DNA of 61,491 nucleotides, filler included, from Candidatus Fermentibacterota bacterium (GTDB taxonomy: Bacteria; JAFGKV01), in the NCBI GenBank assembly GCA_016928395.1. It is 3 parts of 3 records of this genome, joined end to end, with 100 filler letters (N's around TTAATTAATTAA, not from the genome) between each part and the next. Parts side by side here need not be neighbours in the genome. Positions count along the whole stretch, not along the records: positions 48,806 to 61,491 come from JAFGKV010000214.1; 2 more parts are not named here. One strand, 5' to 3'. Shown in pieces: positions 48,814 to 58,316 of the stretch (the first letter of the stretch is position 1; each line of letters starts with the position of its first letter). The notes under the pieces are model-generated. The model made no database searches and was not told where the DNA came from. It was given only the letters and a program-made list of their open reading frames with translations. Both the position numbers and the translations under genes were made by a program.

Positions 48814-49134
48814 TGAGGAGCCCGAATGTCATCACCCGGCTTGACCGGGTGATCCAGGACTCGGCCGAGATGCTCCTGCCTGGATTGCCCGAACGAGTCG
48901 GGCAATGACGGGGGAGGTGTGGAAGTTGCACCATGTATCGTCCGGGCACGCCCGGGGCCCCCACTTGTTTGAGAGTCCGCCTTCAAAGGGCTCGTGATGA
49001 ACCGCATCAGGCTGTAGCCCCGTCGCTCTGCGACGTGTCGCCCGGCGCAGAGCGACGGGGCTACAACTCAGCGTACTCTCAACTCCGAAAGACCTGAGTG
49101 CGCCCGCGCCCTCAGAGGCCGCACTGAACCCTGA
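48814..49134 (+). repeat. Copy of modular intergenic element carrying a REP-like doublet
   Basis: 48814-48913 nearly identical to 58317-58416; 19-bp IR GTAGCCCCGTCGCTCTGCG (49014-49032) / CGCAGAGCGACGGGGCTAC (49046-49064); 49110-49134 identical to 55021-55045. Confidence 0.85.
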
Positions 49135-49157
49135 GGACTGGCGAGGCCGTCAGGGCC

Positions 49158-50240
49158 CTAACCCCTGGCGCGGTCCCGCTGGGCCGCCTGGGCGTCAGTG
49201 ATGACGCGCCACGTGTCCTCGAGAGTCTCTGGAACCCGGCTGGCATCGGCCTCGGGCTTGCGCACCAGCGTCAATGCGCCGGTCGGGCAGGTTGTGACGC
49301 ACAGGCCACACCCTATGCAGCGTTCGGCGCTGTACTCAATCTGGCCATCAGCAACCGCAAGGGCCTGCATCTGGCACCGGTCCACGCAGATAAAGCAGCC
49401 GCTGCAGAGCGTGGCCTCGAACTGGGCGAGAAACGAACTCACCACCGCGTCCGCGGGTCGCCGGCGATGCTTCAGACCTTGGAGAATCCCGCAGCAGCAA
49501 CCACAACAGCAACAGATGAAGGCGATCTCCCTGGAGTTGCTCGGCTGCAGCACCAAACCAGCGTCATTGGCAGCCGTGAGGATCTGTCGAACCTCCGCCA
49601 GATCGATCGCCCGTGCCCTCCCGGTACGAACATAGTAGTCAGCCCAGTCACCGAACACCAGGCAGGTTTCCTCTGGCGCATCGCAGCCGCGGCCGCTCAG
49701 CGTGGCCTCCTTGCGGCAGATGCAGTGTGCCACTGCGAAGCGATCCTGGGCAGCCAACAACCCCTCGATGTGGTCGTAGGCCAAGACCTCCCGCTGCGTA
49801 GCAATGCTGGCCTCGACGGGAATGGTACGCATCTGGGGAATGGTCCGGACAGGGGCCCTCCGCTTGAGGGTGCCCCAGTACTCATTCAGATCCCCTATCA
49901 ATGCCCCATCGAGGTTGTTCACCTGGAACTCGTAGATGCCGACCACGAAAGGAGCGGCCTGGTAGAGCACGGAACCCTGCGGTGGTTTCACCGAGAAGAT
50001 CAGCCCTTTCTGGGCCATCTGCTCCAAACGCGGCTCGACTTCAGAGAGCGGCAAGACCACCCGGCGGGCAATCACTGCGGGCTCCGCCCTCTCCAGGGTG
50101 ACGTGGACGGCCAGGGCAGCCTCCTCAGGAGTGAACAGCCTCTTCAGGAGCGGAAGCTCGGCGCCGGTCTTGCTGGGCGGGAATCCGCCGGGAAGGCGAT
50201 CCAGGTGCTCTGCCAATGCGCGGTAGAGATCATCATTCAT
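49158..50240 (-). CDS. 4Fe-4S dicluster domain protein with N-terminal wHTH-like region
   Basis: CSGCFICVDRC and CIGCGLCVTTCP ferredoxin motifs; HCICR, ETCL, ICCCCGCCCG. Confidence 0.88.
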   Translation of the reverse strand: MNDDLYRALAEHLDRLPGGFPPSKTGAELPLLKRLFTPEEAALAVHVTLERAEPAVIARRVVLPLSEVEPRLEQMAQKGLIFSVKPPQGSVLYQAAPFVVGIYEFQVNNLDGALIGDLNEYWGTLKRRAPVRTIPQMRTIPVEASIATQREVLAYDHIEGLLAAQDRFAVAHCICRKEATLSGRGCDAPEETCLVFGDWADYYVRTGRARAIDLAEVRQILTAANDAGLVLQPSNSREIAFICCCCGCCCGILQGLKHRRRPADAVVSSFLAQFEATLCSGCFICVDRCQMQALAVADGQIEYSAERCIGCGLCVTTCPTGALTLVRKPEADASRVPETLEDTWRVITDAQAAQRDRARG

Positions 50241-50388
50241 GGGGGCCTCGTCGGTGGAAGACTGGGAGGGTCATTGTCCAGGAGGTCGGGAAAACCTTCC
50301 TGGCCCGGTGGATGGTTGGCAATCCCGATGCGAAAGCCTCGCGCCGGTCATACACTGGCGCACACCGCCCTCGTCCTTACGCTCCCCA

Positions 50389-53058
50389 TCAGTCGATCAG
50401 CACGAGCACACGCGTGGTGACGAGACTCGGTGTCGAGAGGCGGGCGAGGTAGACGCCGGGGCCGCAGCGCGTCCCGTCGTCGGTGAGTCCGTCCCAGATC
50501 GTGCGGTGGAGGCCGGCGGGGAAGTCGGCGTCAGCAGGCGTTGCGACCAGGTGGCCCGCCAGGTCATGAATCGTGAGAGTCGCTTCGGACGGGTGGGCAA
50601 GATGGAAGCCGAGGACGGTCCGCCCATGAGAAGGGAGGGGGAACGTAGCCAGGTAGGTGGGCAAGAAATCCGCCTCCTCAGACGGCCCGAGGCCCACGCC
50701 AAAGCGCCACGCCGGGCTCAGCAGGCCGCGCTCGGTCCCGTCGAACGCGAAGGCGCGCCACCAGAACACGCCTTGGCCGGGAAGCTGAGGACTCCATGAT
50801 CCCGCGCCGTCTGCCACCTGAATTTCGCCCGAGGCCGCTATGAGCATCGTGAGCAGGGAATCACCGTACAGGAAAAACCCGCATGTCAGGGAGTCGCCAT
50901 CGGGATCGGGACTGACTGCGACCGAAAGAACCGGCAGTACCACTAGGGAGCCGTCGGGGGGGTTGAGGGGAGTCGGCGGCCCCGGCGGCGTGTTGCCCGG
51001 GGTCGGGCCGGCAATCTGCACATCATCGATATGCCACCCGTCGGCAGTGATGGACACGTCGGTCTCGAGACGAAACCGAAGGAGAAAGGAGGTCGACCCC
51101 TGGAATTGATCCAAACCATGGGCAACCTGGCGCCACGGGGCACTCCCGCTGTACTGGGGCCCAAGCTGCCGCCATGCGGCCCCGCCATCGCCGGAGGCTT
51201 CGACAATGCAGTGGTCATATCCCTCCTCGGTGCTGTAGCGATGCCAGAACGAGAGCTCTGCTCCCGGCACCGACGAGAGATCCACCGCATGGGCGAGGCG
51301 AACCGCGGAATCGGCGTAGTTTTCATAGGAGGCACCGGGGGAATCTGTCAGCGAGGTAACAGGTGAGTTCGCGTCTTCCACCGTCAGGCCCCAGGATCCC
51401 TCGGGGACCCAGGCGCCCAAATCACCCTCGAAGTCATCGAAGAAGAGCGCCGGTGGGCGCCCCACCCTAAACCGCACACGTTCCTCGCCCACAAAACCAG
51501 AGGTGTGTGCACGAACTATCATGGTGATGATATGGCCCTGGGGGGCCGAATCGTCAACGCTGAACACGATATCAGAGCACTGCACGGTATCCTGGGCTGC
51601 CAGCCCGGGGATGGCAGCACCGGGAGTATGTAGCAGCACGTAGGCATCATCGGTCGTGAGCGAGATGGTCCCGGGGGAAGCGGAAGCGGTTACCGCCCGA
51701 TTCTCCATGGCGAAGGTCACGCGGATGGTCTCGCCGGGGTCGATTCGCCCGTCGCCATTGCCGCCGCCAATGCCCCAATCCGCCACCGCAAGCCATATCC
51801 CTGCGCTCTGGGACGCGTGGAGCAACGGCGCCCGGCACTCCTCGATCAGAGCGGGCACTTCATGCTCGGCAGGCCAGAAGCCCGAGCCGCCGATTTCAAT
51901 GGTCGACGAGATGATGCGGTTCTTGGCCTCCGTATCTCCGTAGGCATAGTCGGTGGTCATGCCACTACACAGGTACAGCACCTCGGCAGGCTGGGCCACC
52001 GCATAGCCATTGTCGGCGCTGAGCCGGCGCGCCCAAGTGCGCAGGAGATCGTCATCGGGAGCGGGGGCACTGGTGTAGCCCCAGGGGATGAGCGCAGCGC
52101 CGAGAAACGAGTGCATGGAGAGGTGGGTCACGAGTCTGCGGGATACCATGAACGCGATGATGGCTTGGGTCTCAGGCTCCGACGAAGGGGCCGGCCCGCG
52201 ATACACATTGCTGGCCGGATCCGCGGATGACCCGTCGTCCCGGCCCCACTCATAGGAATAGTTGCGGTTGAGGTCGACGCCGAATGTCCCGTTCCCATTG
52301 TCTCGGCGGTTCTTGCGCCACATGCCCCCGCCCTGGGGATTGACCTGTTCGTTGTAGACCATGCCGTCAGGATTGACCACGGGAACAAGGAAGATCTGCC
52401 GCTGGTCCACCACGGCACGTATCTCAGGATCATCGTCGTAGCCAGAGCAGAGAAGACGCGCAAAGTCAAGAATGGTCTCGACAGACATCACCTCCCGCGC
52501 GTGGTGGAGGCCATCGATGAGGATTTCGGGCTCGTCTTCATCGAGGTGTGGGTTGTCGCTTATCTTCAGCGCCCAGATGGGGCGACCCTCGTGGCTAGTG
52601 CCCAAAGAGAACGGCGCGGCGGTGATGGCCGGGCACGCGGCATGCACGCTGTCCAACAAGGCTTTCGCCTCGGCAAGCGTGTGGTAGATCCCCCATGCCG
52701 GGCCGCGGATCCCCGCGGCGTAGCGAGCTTCAAGGTCCTCGATCTCCACGTGGACGGCGTACCCTGACCCACGCAACCGATGTAGGGTGGCCGGATCGGT
52801 TACAATCCAGCAGATGTCTCCCTTCCTACCGATCACATCAATGCCAGAAGTCACCGGCAGCGGATCCGTTGTCTCGATCCGCGCCTGGACATGCCGTGCG
52901 TGCGCGGCGCCGCAGAAGGCAGCTGCACCGAGACTGATCAGCGCCCAGGCGATGGGGAGCGGGCATCGGCCCCAGAAACGAAGCCCGCCGGCCCCGGATG
53001 GACTGCTCAGCCTTCCACCTTGTCCCACGCCTCCGGGATCTCTGCGGGAAACGACCAC
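50389..53058 (-). CDS. Secreted M14 zinc carboxypeptidase (CPT-like) with FlgD-Ig/T9SS-like C-terminus
   Basis: HHARE, NPDG, WRKNRR, GVDLNRNY, MHSF, TIEIG; C-terminal WDGLTDDGTRCGPGVYLARL; true start probably downstream of 53058. Confidence 0.9.
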   Translation of the reverse strand: MVVSRRDPGGVGQGGRLSSPSGAGGLRFWGRCPLPIAWALISLGAAAFCGAAHARHVQARIETTDPLPVTSGIDVIGRKGDICWIVTDPATLHRLRGSGYAVHVEIEDLEARYAAGIRGPAWGIYHTLAEAKALLDSVHAACPAITAAPFSLGTSHEGRPIWALKISDNPHLDEDEPEILIDGLHHAREVMSVETILDFARLLCSGYDDDPEIRAVVDQRQIFLVPVVNPDGMVYNEQVNPQGGGMWRKNRRDNGNGTFGVDLNRNYSYEWGRDDGSSADPASNVYRGPAPSSEPETQAIIAFMVSRRLVTHLSMHSFLGAALIPWGYTSAPAPDDDLLRTWARRLSADNGYAVAQPAEVLYLCSGMTTDYAYGDTEAKNRIISSTIEIGGSGFWPAEHEVPALIEECRAPLLHASQSAGIWLAVADWGIGGGNGDGRIDPGETIRVTFAMENRAVTASASPGTISLTTDDAYVLLHTPGAAIPGLAAQDTVQCSDIVFSVDDSAPQGHIITMIVRAHTSGFVGEERVRFRVGRPPALFFDDFEGDLGAWVPEGSWGLTVEDANSPVTSLTDSPGASYENYADSAVRLAHAVDLSSVPGAELSFWHRYSTEEGYDHCIVEASGDGGAAWRQLGPQYSGSAPWRQVAHGLDQFQGSTSFLLRFRLETDVSITADGWHIDDVQIAGPTPGNTPPGPPTPLNPPDGSLVVLPVLSVAVSPDPDGDSLTCGFFLYGDSLLTMLIAASGEIQVADGAGSWSPQLPGQGVFWWRAFAFDGTERGLLSPAWRFGVGLGPSEEADFLPTYLATFPLPSHGRTVLGFHLAHPSEATLTIHDLAGHLVATPADADFPAGLHRTIWDGLTDDGTRCGPGVYLARLSTPSLVTTRVLVLID

Positions 53059-53831
53059 AAGCGCAGCCTGTTACGATCACCGGCGTACAGCCCACCGCAC
53101 CCAGCCTGGTAGCCGACCCAAGCGCGAAGGGCCACATTGTTGAGGCAGTTCTCCGTGACGATGGTCTTCGTCTTCTTCTCGGGCTCGCTCTCGAGGAGGG
53201 CACGGGCATCGGTGAACCGGCTCTCTGCGGCCAGATGCGCCGGATCTGAATTCAGCTCCGCGAAAGCGATCTGCCGGAAGATCTTGCCCGGCCGATGGGT
53301 GGCATACCATGCATACTCGGCGGGAGTCAGGCTGGAAAGCACGATGAACTCGATGGGCGAGAGCACCATGTAGAGACGGGGCGTACGCGCCACTGAGCCT
53401 CTCGCGCCGATGGCGTGGGCGACCTCGTCGGGCGTCATGTGTTCGTGACACTCATGCGTGGCATACTGCGCAACCTCTCCGCCGGGATTAAGCTCCAAGA
53501 CCTGGCCGCCTGTCTTCACCAGGAAGCAGCGGCGATGGGCATCCAGGGGCGTACAAGAGAATCCATTGTTGGACAGGGCGGTCTTGGTACGTGAACCGGC
53601 CTCCAGTGCCGCCAAAGCATCGTGGGTGTCGCGCTTCGGATCACGCCAGCCACCTTCGTCAAGGTAGGAAAAGAGCGGCATCGCACCCTCGATGGCCAAG
53701 TCAAAGAAAACAGACCTTCCCCTGAAGTACTTGCCGGAGCCCGGGCTCTTATGTCGCGCCAAGCCCTCTATACCCAGACTCGTAGCTACGACGAACCCCT
53801 GTGGGATCGAGAGTACAAGATTCTGTGACAT
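53007..53831 (-). CDS. Hypothetical protein with internal duplication
   Basis: AAGGAG RBS before ATG 53831; two similar halves (GKYFR/GKIFR, RTKT/KTKT). Confidence 0.75.
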   Translation of the reverse strand: MSQNLVLSIPQGFVVATSLGIEGLARHKSPGSGKYFRGRSVFFDLAIEGAMPLFSYLDEGGWRDPKRDTHDALAALEAGSRTKTALSNNGFSCTPLDAHRRCFLVKTGGQVLELNPGGEVAQYATHECHEHMTPDEVAHAIGARGSVARTPRLYMVLSPIEFIVLSSLTPAEYAWYATHRPGKIFRQIAFAELNSDPAHLAAESRFTDARALLESEPEKKTKTIVTENCLNNVALRAWVGYQAGCGGLYAGDRNRLRLWSFPAEIPEAWDKVEG

Positions 53832-53858
53832 GGTGTGCTCCTTTGTGTTCACCGTGAG

Positions 53859-54377
53859 CTATTCTACCCGCACCCCCAGAACGGTGCACTGCACTTCCCC
53901 TTCGTGAACCGGAATCTGGGGGGTCTGGCGGGAAGCGCGCATGGGGTTCTGGGCCAGCGACACTGTGATGAGCCGCTGAGCAGGGCCTAGCTTCCGAACC
54001 TGCGCGAAGCGAAGGGAATGAGTTGCCGAAAGCTCGCCGCCGCGGTAGAAGCGGGCCGATACCGTTGCCCACGCAAGCGAAGGCGGTCTCCCCAGGGCCT
54101 TCTCCGTCTCACGCCACACTGCAATAGCGTCGTCCGAGAGGCTGATGGTGACGCGGATGCTGTCAGGATCAACCCGAAAATCCTCGAATACCAAGCCTGC
54201 GTTCTCCACCAACTCCATCTCCAGGGCGTCAAACGCCCGCTTTGCTTCGGCCCGTTGTGTCATCTGCCGTCCCGCGTCGGGGAGTGTGCTCGCATCCTCC
54301 TTCCTCGAATCACCACCACAAGAAAGCAGGGAGGAGAGCAACACGGCCACGATGGGAAGGCTCACGAGCCTGAACAT
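53859..54377 (-). CDS. Hypothetical lipoprotein
   Basis: AAGGAG RBS; LLSSLLS-C lipobox. Confidence 0.7.
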   Translation of the reverse strand: MFRLVSLPIVAVLLSSLLSCGGDSRKEDASTLPDAGRQMTQRAEAKRAFDALEMELVENAGLVFEDFRVDPDSIRVTISLSDDAIAVWRETEKALGRPPSLAWATVSARFYRGGELSATHSLRFAQVRKLGPAQRLITVSLAQNPMRASRQTPQIPVHEGEVQCTVLGVRVE

Positions 54378-54694
54378 GGCAGACTCCTTTCAACCAGCAT
54401 CTAGATGAACACCCGAGAATATCGAGGATTGAGCATCACAAAGAGAGCAGATATGGCCAAACGCGTCAAGGTTTTCCTCCCCCTCAACTGCCTGGGTGAC
54501 CCATCTGGTGTCCCTATGGGGCATGGGGCGGTGGCACGGGCCCCTGAGATAGTACCCTATGCCAAGATCCGAGGATCAGCCATCATCGACGGGGACTTCC
54601 GGACATCAACCTCATGCCGGCGCGAGCGTCAATTGCTTGCATATCGGCGCAAAGAGGAGGAGCATTGGGATCCAGGACAGTCGGCCTCGCCAGT

Positions 54695-55050
54695 CCGGGC
54701 TTGTTTGAGGGAACATGCAAACCTCATAGACGCACACGTACTCGTACACGCCCTCGACTGCCCCAGCTCGTCGATTACGAGTACGACAACGACAACGATA
54801 GCGACCCCGCGCCGCCGACGGGCGACCAGGGACGATCGCCCCTACCACGGCAACGGTTTCTCGTCGCGCTGGGCGGGCCTGATAGCTGAGGGCCGATAGT
54901 TGACAGCCGATAGCTGACAGCCGATAGCTGACAGCCGATAGCTGACAGCCGATAGCTGACAGCCGAGAGCCAACTGCCGGCCGTACTCTCAACCCTGAGA
55001 ATTCTGAGGGAGCCCGGCGTCCTCAGAGGCCGCACTGAACCCTGAACCCT
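54695..55050 (+). repeat. Copy of modular intergenic element including 14-bp tandem repeat
   Basis: Colinear with 58478-58780; GATAGCTGACAGCC x4 perfect (54909-54964) plus degenerate units; REP-like GGGCGACCAGGGACGATCGCCCCTAC. Confidence 0.85.
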
Positions 55051-55077
55051 ATACCCCGTCCATCGCGAGCGGCCACG

Positions 55078-56955
55078 CTACCGCCCCGGATCAAGGATCA
55101 CGTACAGCGGCAGAGCCAGCGTTCCCCCCAGCTCCTGGGCAAGGCGCTGATTGCGCTTCTTGTCGGGACCGCCATCGGTGTAAAGCCGAACCCGCACGAA
55201 CTTCTTGAACTCCTCCTCCACGGACGAAAGGGTGAACACCTTGTGCTCCATAAGCTTGCAGTTTGTGCACGTGTAGCCCGAGAAATCGATGAATACTGGC
55301 TTGCCACCGCGCCGTGCGAGGTCCAAAGCGGCATCATAGTCTTCCGACCAGGCTTCGGCCTCGGATCGCTCAGGAGGCGGGAGTAGACCGTCCAAAGCCC
55401 CCCACACGGGTCTGTCGCCCAGGCCAAACGCCAAGTGAATCGCCAATGCACACGAGGCCAGCGCCAGGAACATTCTGGGGACACCAACGGAACCGGGCTC
55501 CGGGTCGTCATGGGGCAGACGCAGCTTGTCTAGGAGATAGAGCGCCAGAAACAGGAAGGTTGCCACCCAGATGGTCAGCACGGTGGTGCGACTCAACAGG
55601 TTCCAGCCAAGCACGGCATCGGCATTGGAGAGAAACTTGAACGCCGCAGCAAAGATCAAGAACCCCATGCCCACCTTGATCCGGTTCATCCACCCTCCGG
55701 CATGGGGCAGCGATGCCAGCCAGCCGGGGAAGAGCGCCAAGAGAAAGAATGGGAATGCAAACGAGATGCTGTAAGCCAGCATGCCGATCAACGGCCAGGA
55801 GACCTCTCCCTGCGACGCCGCAACCAGAAGGGCGCCAACAAAGCCCGCCGTACACGTGAACGAGGCCAAGGTGAAGCCCAAAGCCATGAGCAGCACCGTG
55901 ATGATTCGACCGGCTCTCCCCTGGCGGGGGGTCGCACTCATCCCTCCCGATGACACCCGGATCTCGAACATGCCCATCAGATTCAGCGTGAAGAAAATGA
56001 GCACGGCCGCCAGGATCAGGTTCATGAGAGGACTCGATGCTATGTTCTGGACGCCGCCGGCACCGAGCAGTATCGACACTACCAGTCCGATGGCAGTGTA
56101 GGCGAACACGATGCCGCCCGAATACGCGCCAGCCAGCATCACCGACTCGCGTCTGCTGCCCAATGCCATGCGGCTGAAGAAGCTGATGGTAATGGGAATC
56201 ATGGGAAAAACGCAGGGTGTCAGGAGCGAGAGAAGCCCCGCGAGGATGGCGCCGCCCAAGAAGGGTAGAATCCCTGTGCGTGCTTCCGACGCCACGCCCT
56301 GTCGCGACTTCAGGAAGGCAAGGAACCGCTCCTCTGAGGGGTCGTAGCCCACAAAAGTAGCCACCACATTCACGCCACCAGCCTCCTGCGCCGTCGCTTC
56401 GTCCGGTGCGGAGAGATCAAGGGTAATCGGCGGGACGATGGAGGGGAGCGGGGGGGCGACTGATGAGGGGGGCCCCGAAACCGTCAGATTCACCTCGAAG
56501 GGCACCTCTGCGGGAATCCTGCACGATGTCTCGTCGCAGAGCTGGTAGCCAAAGAGGCCCCGCAGCATGCGGGATCCCGGCTCAAGCGCCGGAGACACTC
56601 TTACTGGCAGGCCAAACTCCACTCCTCCTCCGTGCCACGGCACCTCGACCTCAAAGATCTCGTCGTAGTGCATCGTGGGCCGGGGTTCACGGAGAGAACC
56701 GACGGGGGTGAACGACGAGGAGTCTTCCAGCTCCACAGAAGTCGGTAAGCCCGAGAGCTCCGGGGGCCTCACTCCGTATATATGAAACCCTTTCGGAACG
56801 GTGGCCTTCACGACCAAAAGCATCTCGCCCCCCGGTTCGACCTGGGACGGCGTTACCGAAGCGGCAACTAGAACCGATTCCTGGCCGGCAGCGTGCGGCG
56901 CCCCAAGCTGCACTTGGGCCACCACCAAAGCGAGAACGAAGCCCGCCGTAATCAC
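55078..56955 (-). CDS. dsbD: Protein-disulfide reductase DsbD-like
   Basis: N-domain YQLCDETSC; TM domain LLTPCVFPMIP, SFTCTA, GGWMNRIK; thioredoxin FSGYTCTNCK. Confidence 0.9.
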   Translation of the reverse strand: MITAGFVLALVVAQVQLGAPHAAGQESVLVAASVTPSQVEPGGEMLLVVKATVPKGFHIYGVRPPELSGLPTSVELEDSSSFTPVGSLREPRPTMHYDEIFEVEVPWHGGGVEFGLPVRVSPALEPGSRMLRGLFGYQLCDETSCRIPAEVPFEVNLTVSGPPSSVAPPLPSIVPPITLDLSAPDEATAQEAGGVNVVATFVGYDPSEERFLAFLKSRQGVASEARTGILPFLGGAILAGLLSLLTPCVFPMIPITISFFSRMALGSRRESVMLAGAYSGGIVFAYTAIGLVVSILLGAGGVQNIASSPLMNLILAAVLIFFTLNLMGMFEIRVSSGGMSATPRQGRAGRIITVLLMALGFTLASFTCTAGFVGALLVAASQGEVSWPLIGMLAYSISFAFPFFLLALFPGWLASLPHAGGWMNRIKVGMGFLIFAAAFKFLSNADAVLGWNLLSRTTVLTIWVATFLFLALYLLDKLRLPHDDPEPGSVGVPRMFLALASCALAIHLAFGLGDRPVWGALDGLLPPPERSEAEAWSEDYDAALDLARRGGKPVFIDFSGYTCTNCKLMEHKVFTLSSVEEEFKKFVRVRLYTDGGPDKKRNQRLAQELGGTLALPLYVILDPGR

Positions 56956-57290
56956 TCGTCGGATGCCTCGTCGATGAGGCTGTCGATGGCCGAGATGATT
57001 TTGGCCCGGGAAGGAACACCTGACAACTGCTGCACGACCCGGCCCTTGTGCATGAACAGAAGCGTCGGTACGCCGAGAACCCCGTAACGAGCGGCCAAGT
57101 CGGGCTGTTCTCCCACGTCCACATGGCCGACCAGAAGACTTCCGTCATACTCCTTGGTTATCATTTCGACCTGGGGTTCAAGGGTCTTGCACGGCCCGCA
57201 CCAGGCGGCGCCGAAATCAAGAAGCACCGGCGTGGCGTTCTGGATGACTTTCTCGTTGAAGTTTTCGGCGGTAATGTGTTCCATTGGCAT
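56952..57290 (-). CDS. trxA: Thioredoxin
   Basis: DFGAAWCGPCK, GVPTLL; overlaps dsbD start. Confidence 0.93.
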   Translation of the reverse strand: MPMEHITAENFNEKVIQNATPVLLDFGAAWCGPCKTLEPQVEMITKEYDGSLLVGHVDVGEQPDLAARYGVLGVPTLLFMHKGRVVQQLSGVPSRAKIISAIDSLIDEASDE

Positions 57291-57415
57291 TGGATAACTC
57301 CCTCAGGGCTGGAGGCGGGTAGCATTGGCCGGGGGCCTGGGATTGACGGGTCGCGGACGAAAGGCAAACTATGCGTTTCCATTCCCGCCGGTCAAGAGGC
57401 AAAGGAGGGCGCTCC

Positions 57416-58162
57416 ATGATGCGCGATCCGCGGTGGCAGTCGAGCAATCTGAATGCAGTTCTTGGGTGCTGCTGCATCGAGGGAATCACGGTGGGGCCGT
57501 CACCACAATTCCTACGGGAACAGCTTGAGATCTCCGCGTCGACTATGGCCGCCCCCGAGGGGTGGGATGCGGGCATTCGTGACCTGCTGCGAGCCGGCGG
57601 GTTCCGACCCGCGGGCCGGAACAGGCCCGCGCATGAATTCCTGGCTCGCTCCGGCGCTCCACTGGCCAGCATCTCGTCGGTCGTGGACGCCAATAACGTC
57701 ATCTCGCTGCGACGCCGCATTCCGGCCTCGGTGATTGATGCCGCAGTCTGCGGCGAGGAGATTATCATCAGGGAGGGCGTGTCTGGTGAACGATACGTGT
57801 TCAACCGGTCAGGTCAGGAGCTGGATCTTGAAGGGCTTCTGGTAGTCTGCGCCTCGTCCGAATCACCGGTTGCCAGCCCGGTGAAGGACTCGTTGGCGGC
57901 CCATGTGACCGAGAAGACCCAGGCAATCGTCTTCTGCGCGTATGGCAGTCTCCGGTTGATGGAGCCGCCCGCGATGGAGGCTGTGATCGACGACTTCGCC
58001 CGTCTGGCGATACCAGCAGCCGGAGGCCAACTCAGCGCCGCGTGGGTCGTGACGGCCAGCGGACTCGCATGCTGGCGAACAGAAGTCTGTGAACGCCCGG
58101 GCGAAGCAGGGGCATCGTGCAAAGATGTGTGGCGTGCAAGGCGTTCGAAAACAGAGGAGTGA
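57416..58162 (+). CDS. Stand-alone B3/B4 (PheRS-beta-like editing) domain protein
   Basis: AAGGAGG RBS; GFRPAGRNRPAHEFL, VVDANNVISL, SPVKDS. Confidence 0.8.
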   Translation: MMRDPRWQSSNLNAVLGCCCIEGITVGPSPQFLREQLEISASTMAAPEGWDAGIRDLLRAGGFRPAGRNRPAHEFLARSGAPLASISSVVDANNVISLRRRIPASVIDAAVCGEEIIIREGVSGERYVFNRSGQELDLEGLLVVCASSESPVASPVKDSLAAHVTEKTQAIVFCAYGSLRLMEPPAMEAVIDDFARLAIPAAGGQLSAAWVVTASGLACWRTEVCERPGEAGASCKDVWRARRSKTEE

Positions 58163-58316
58163 AGGAGTCCGGCCTGAATCGAAAACCGACAACTAAGCTG
58201 TGACTTCATGCAAAGCCGCCCCAGCATCCAGCGCTACGGGACGGGGCTGACGCTCATCCTCACTGCGAAGCGGTGGTGCGGCGTTCTCACCCAGGGCATG
58301 GAACGAGCGGGTGTGG

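Noticed and set aside
49495-49515. Cys run CCCCGCCCG in the Fe-S protein as a novelty
   Set aside because: Looks like a minor variant of the CNCC.CCC motif typical of this ferredoxin family.
54881-54978. Possible CRISPR array (also 26008-26089)
   Set aside because: Head-to-tail short repeats without unique spacers; no cas genes.
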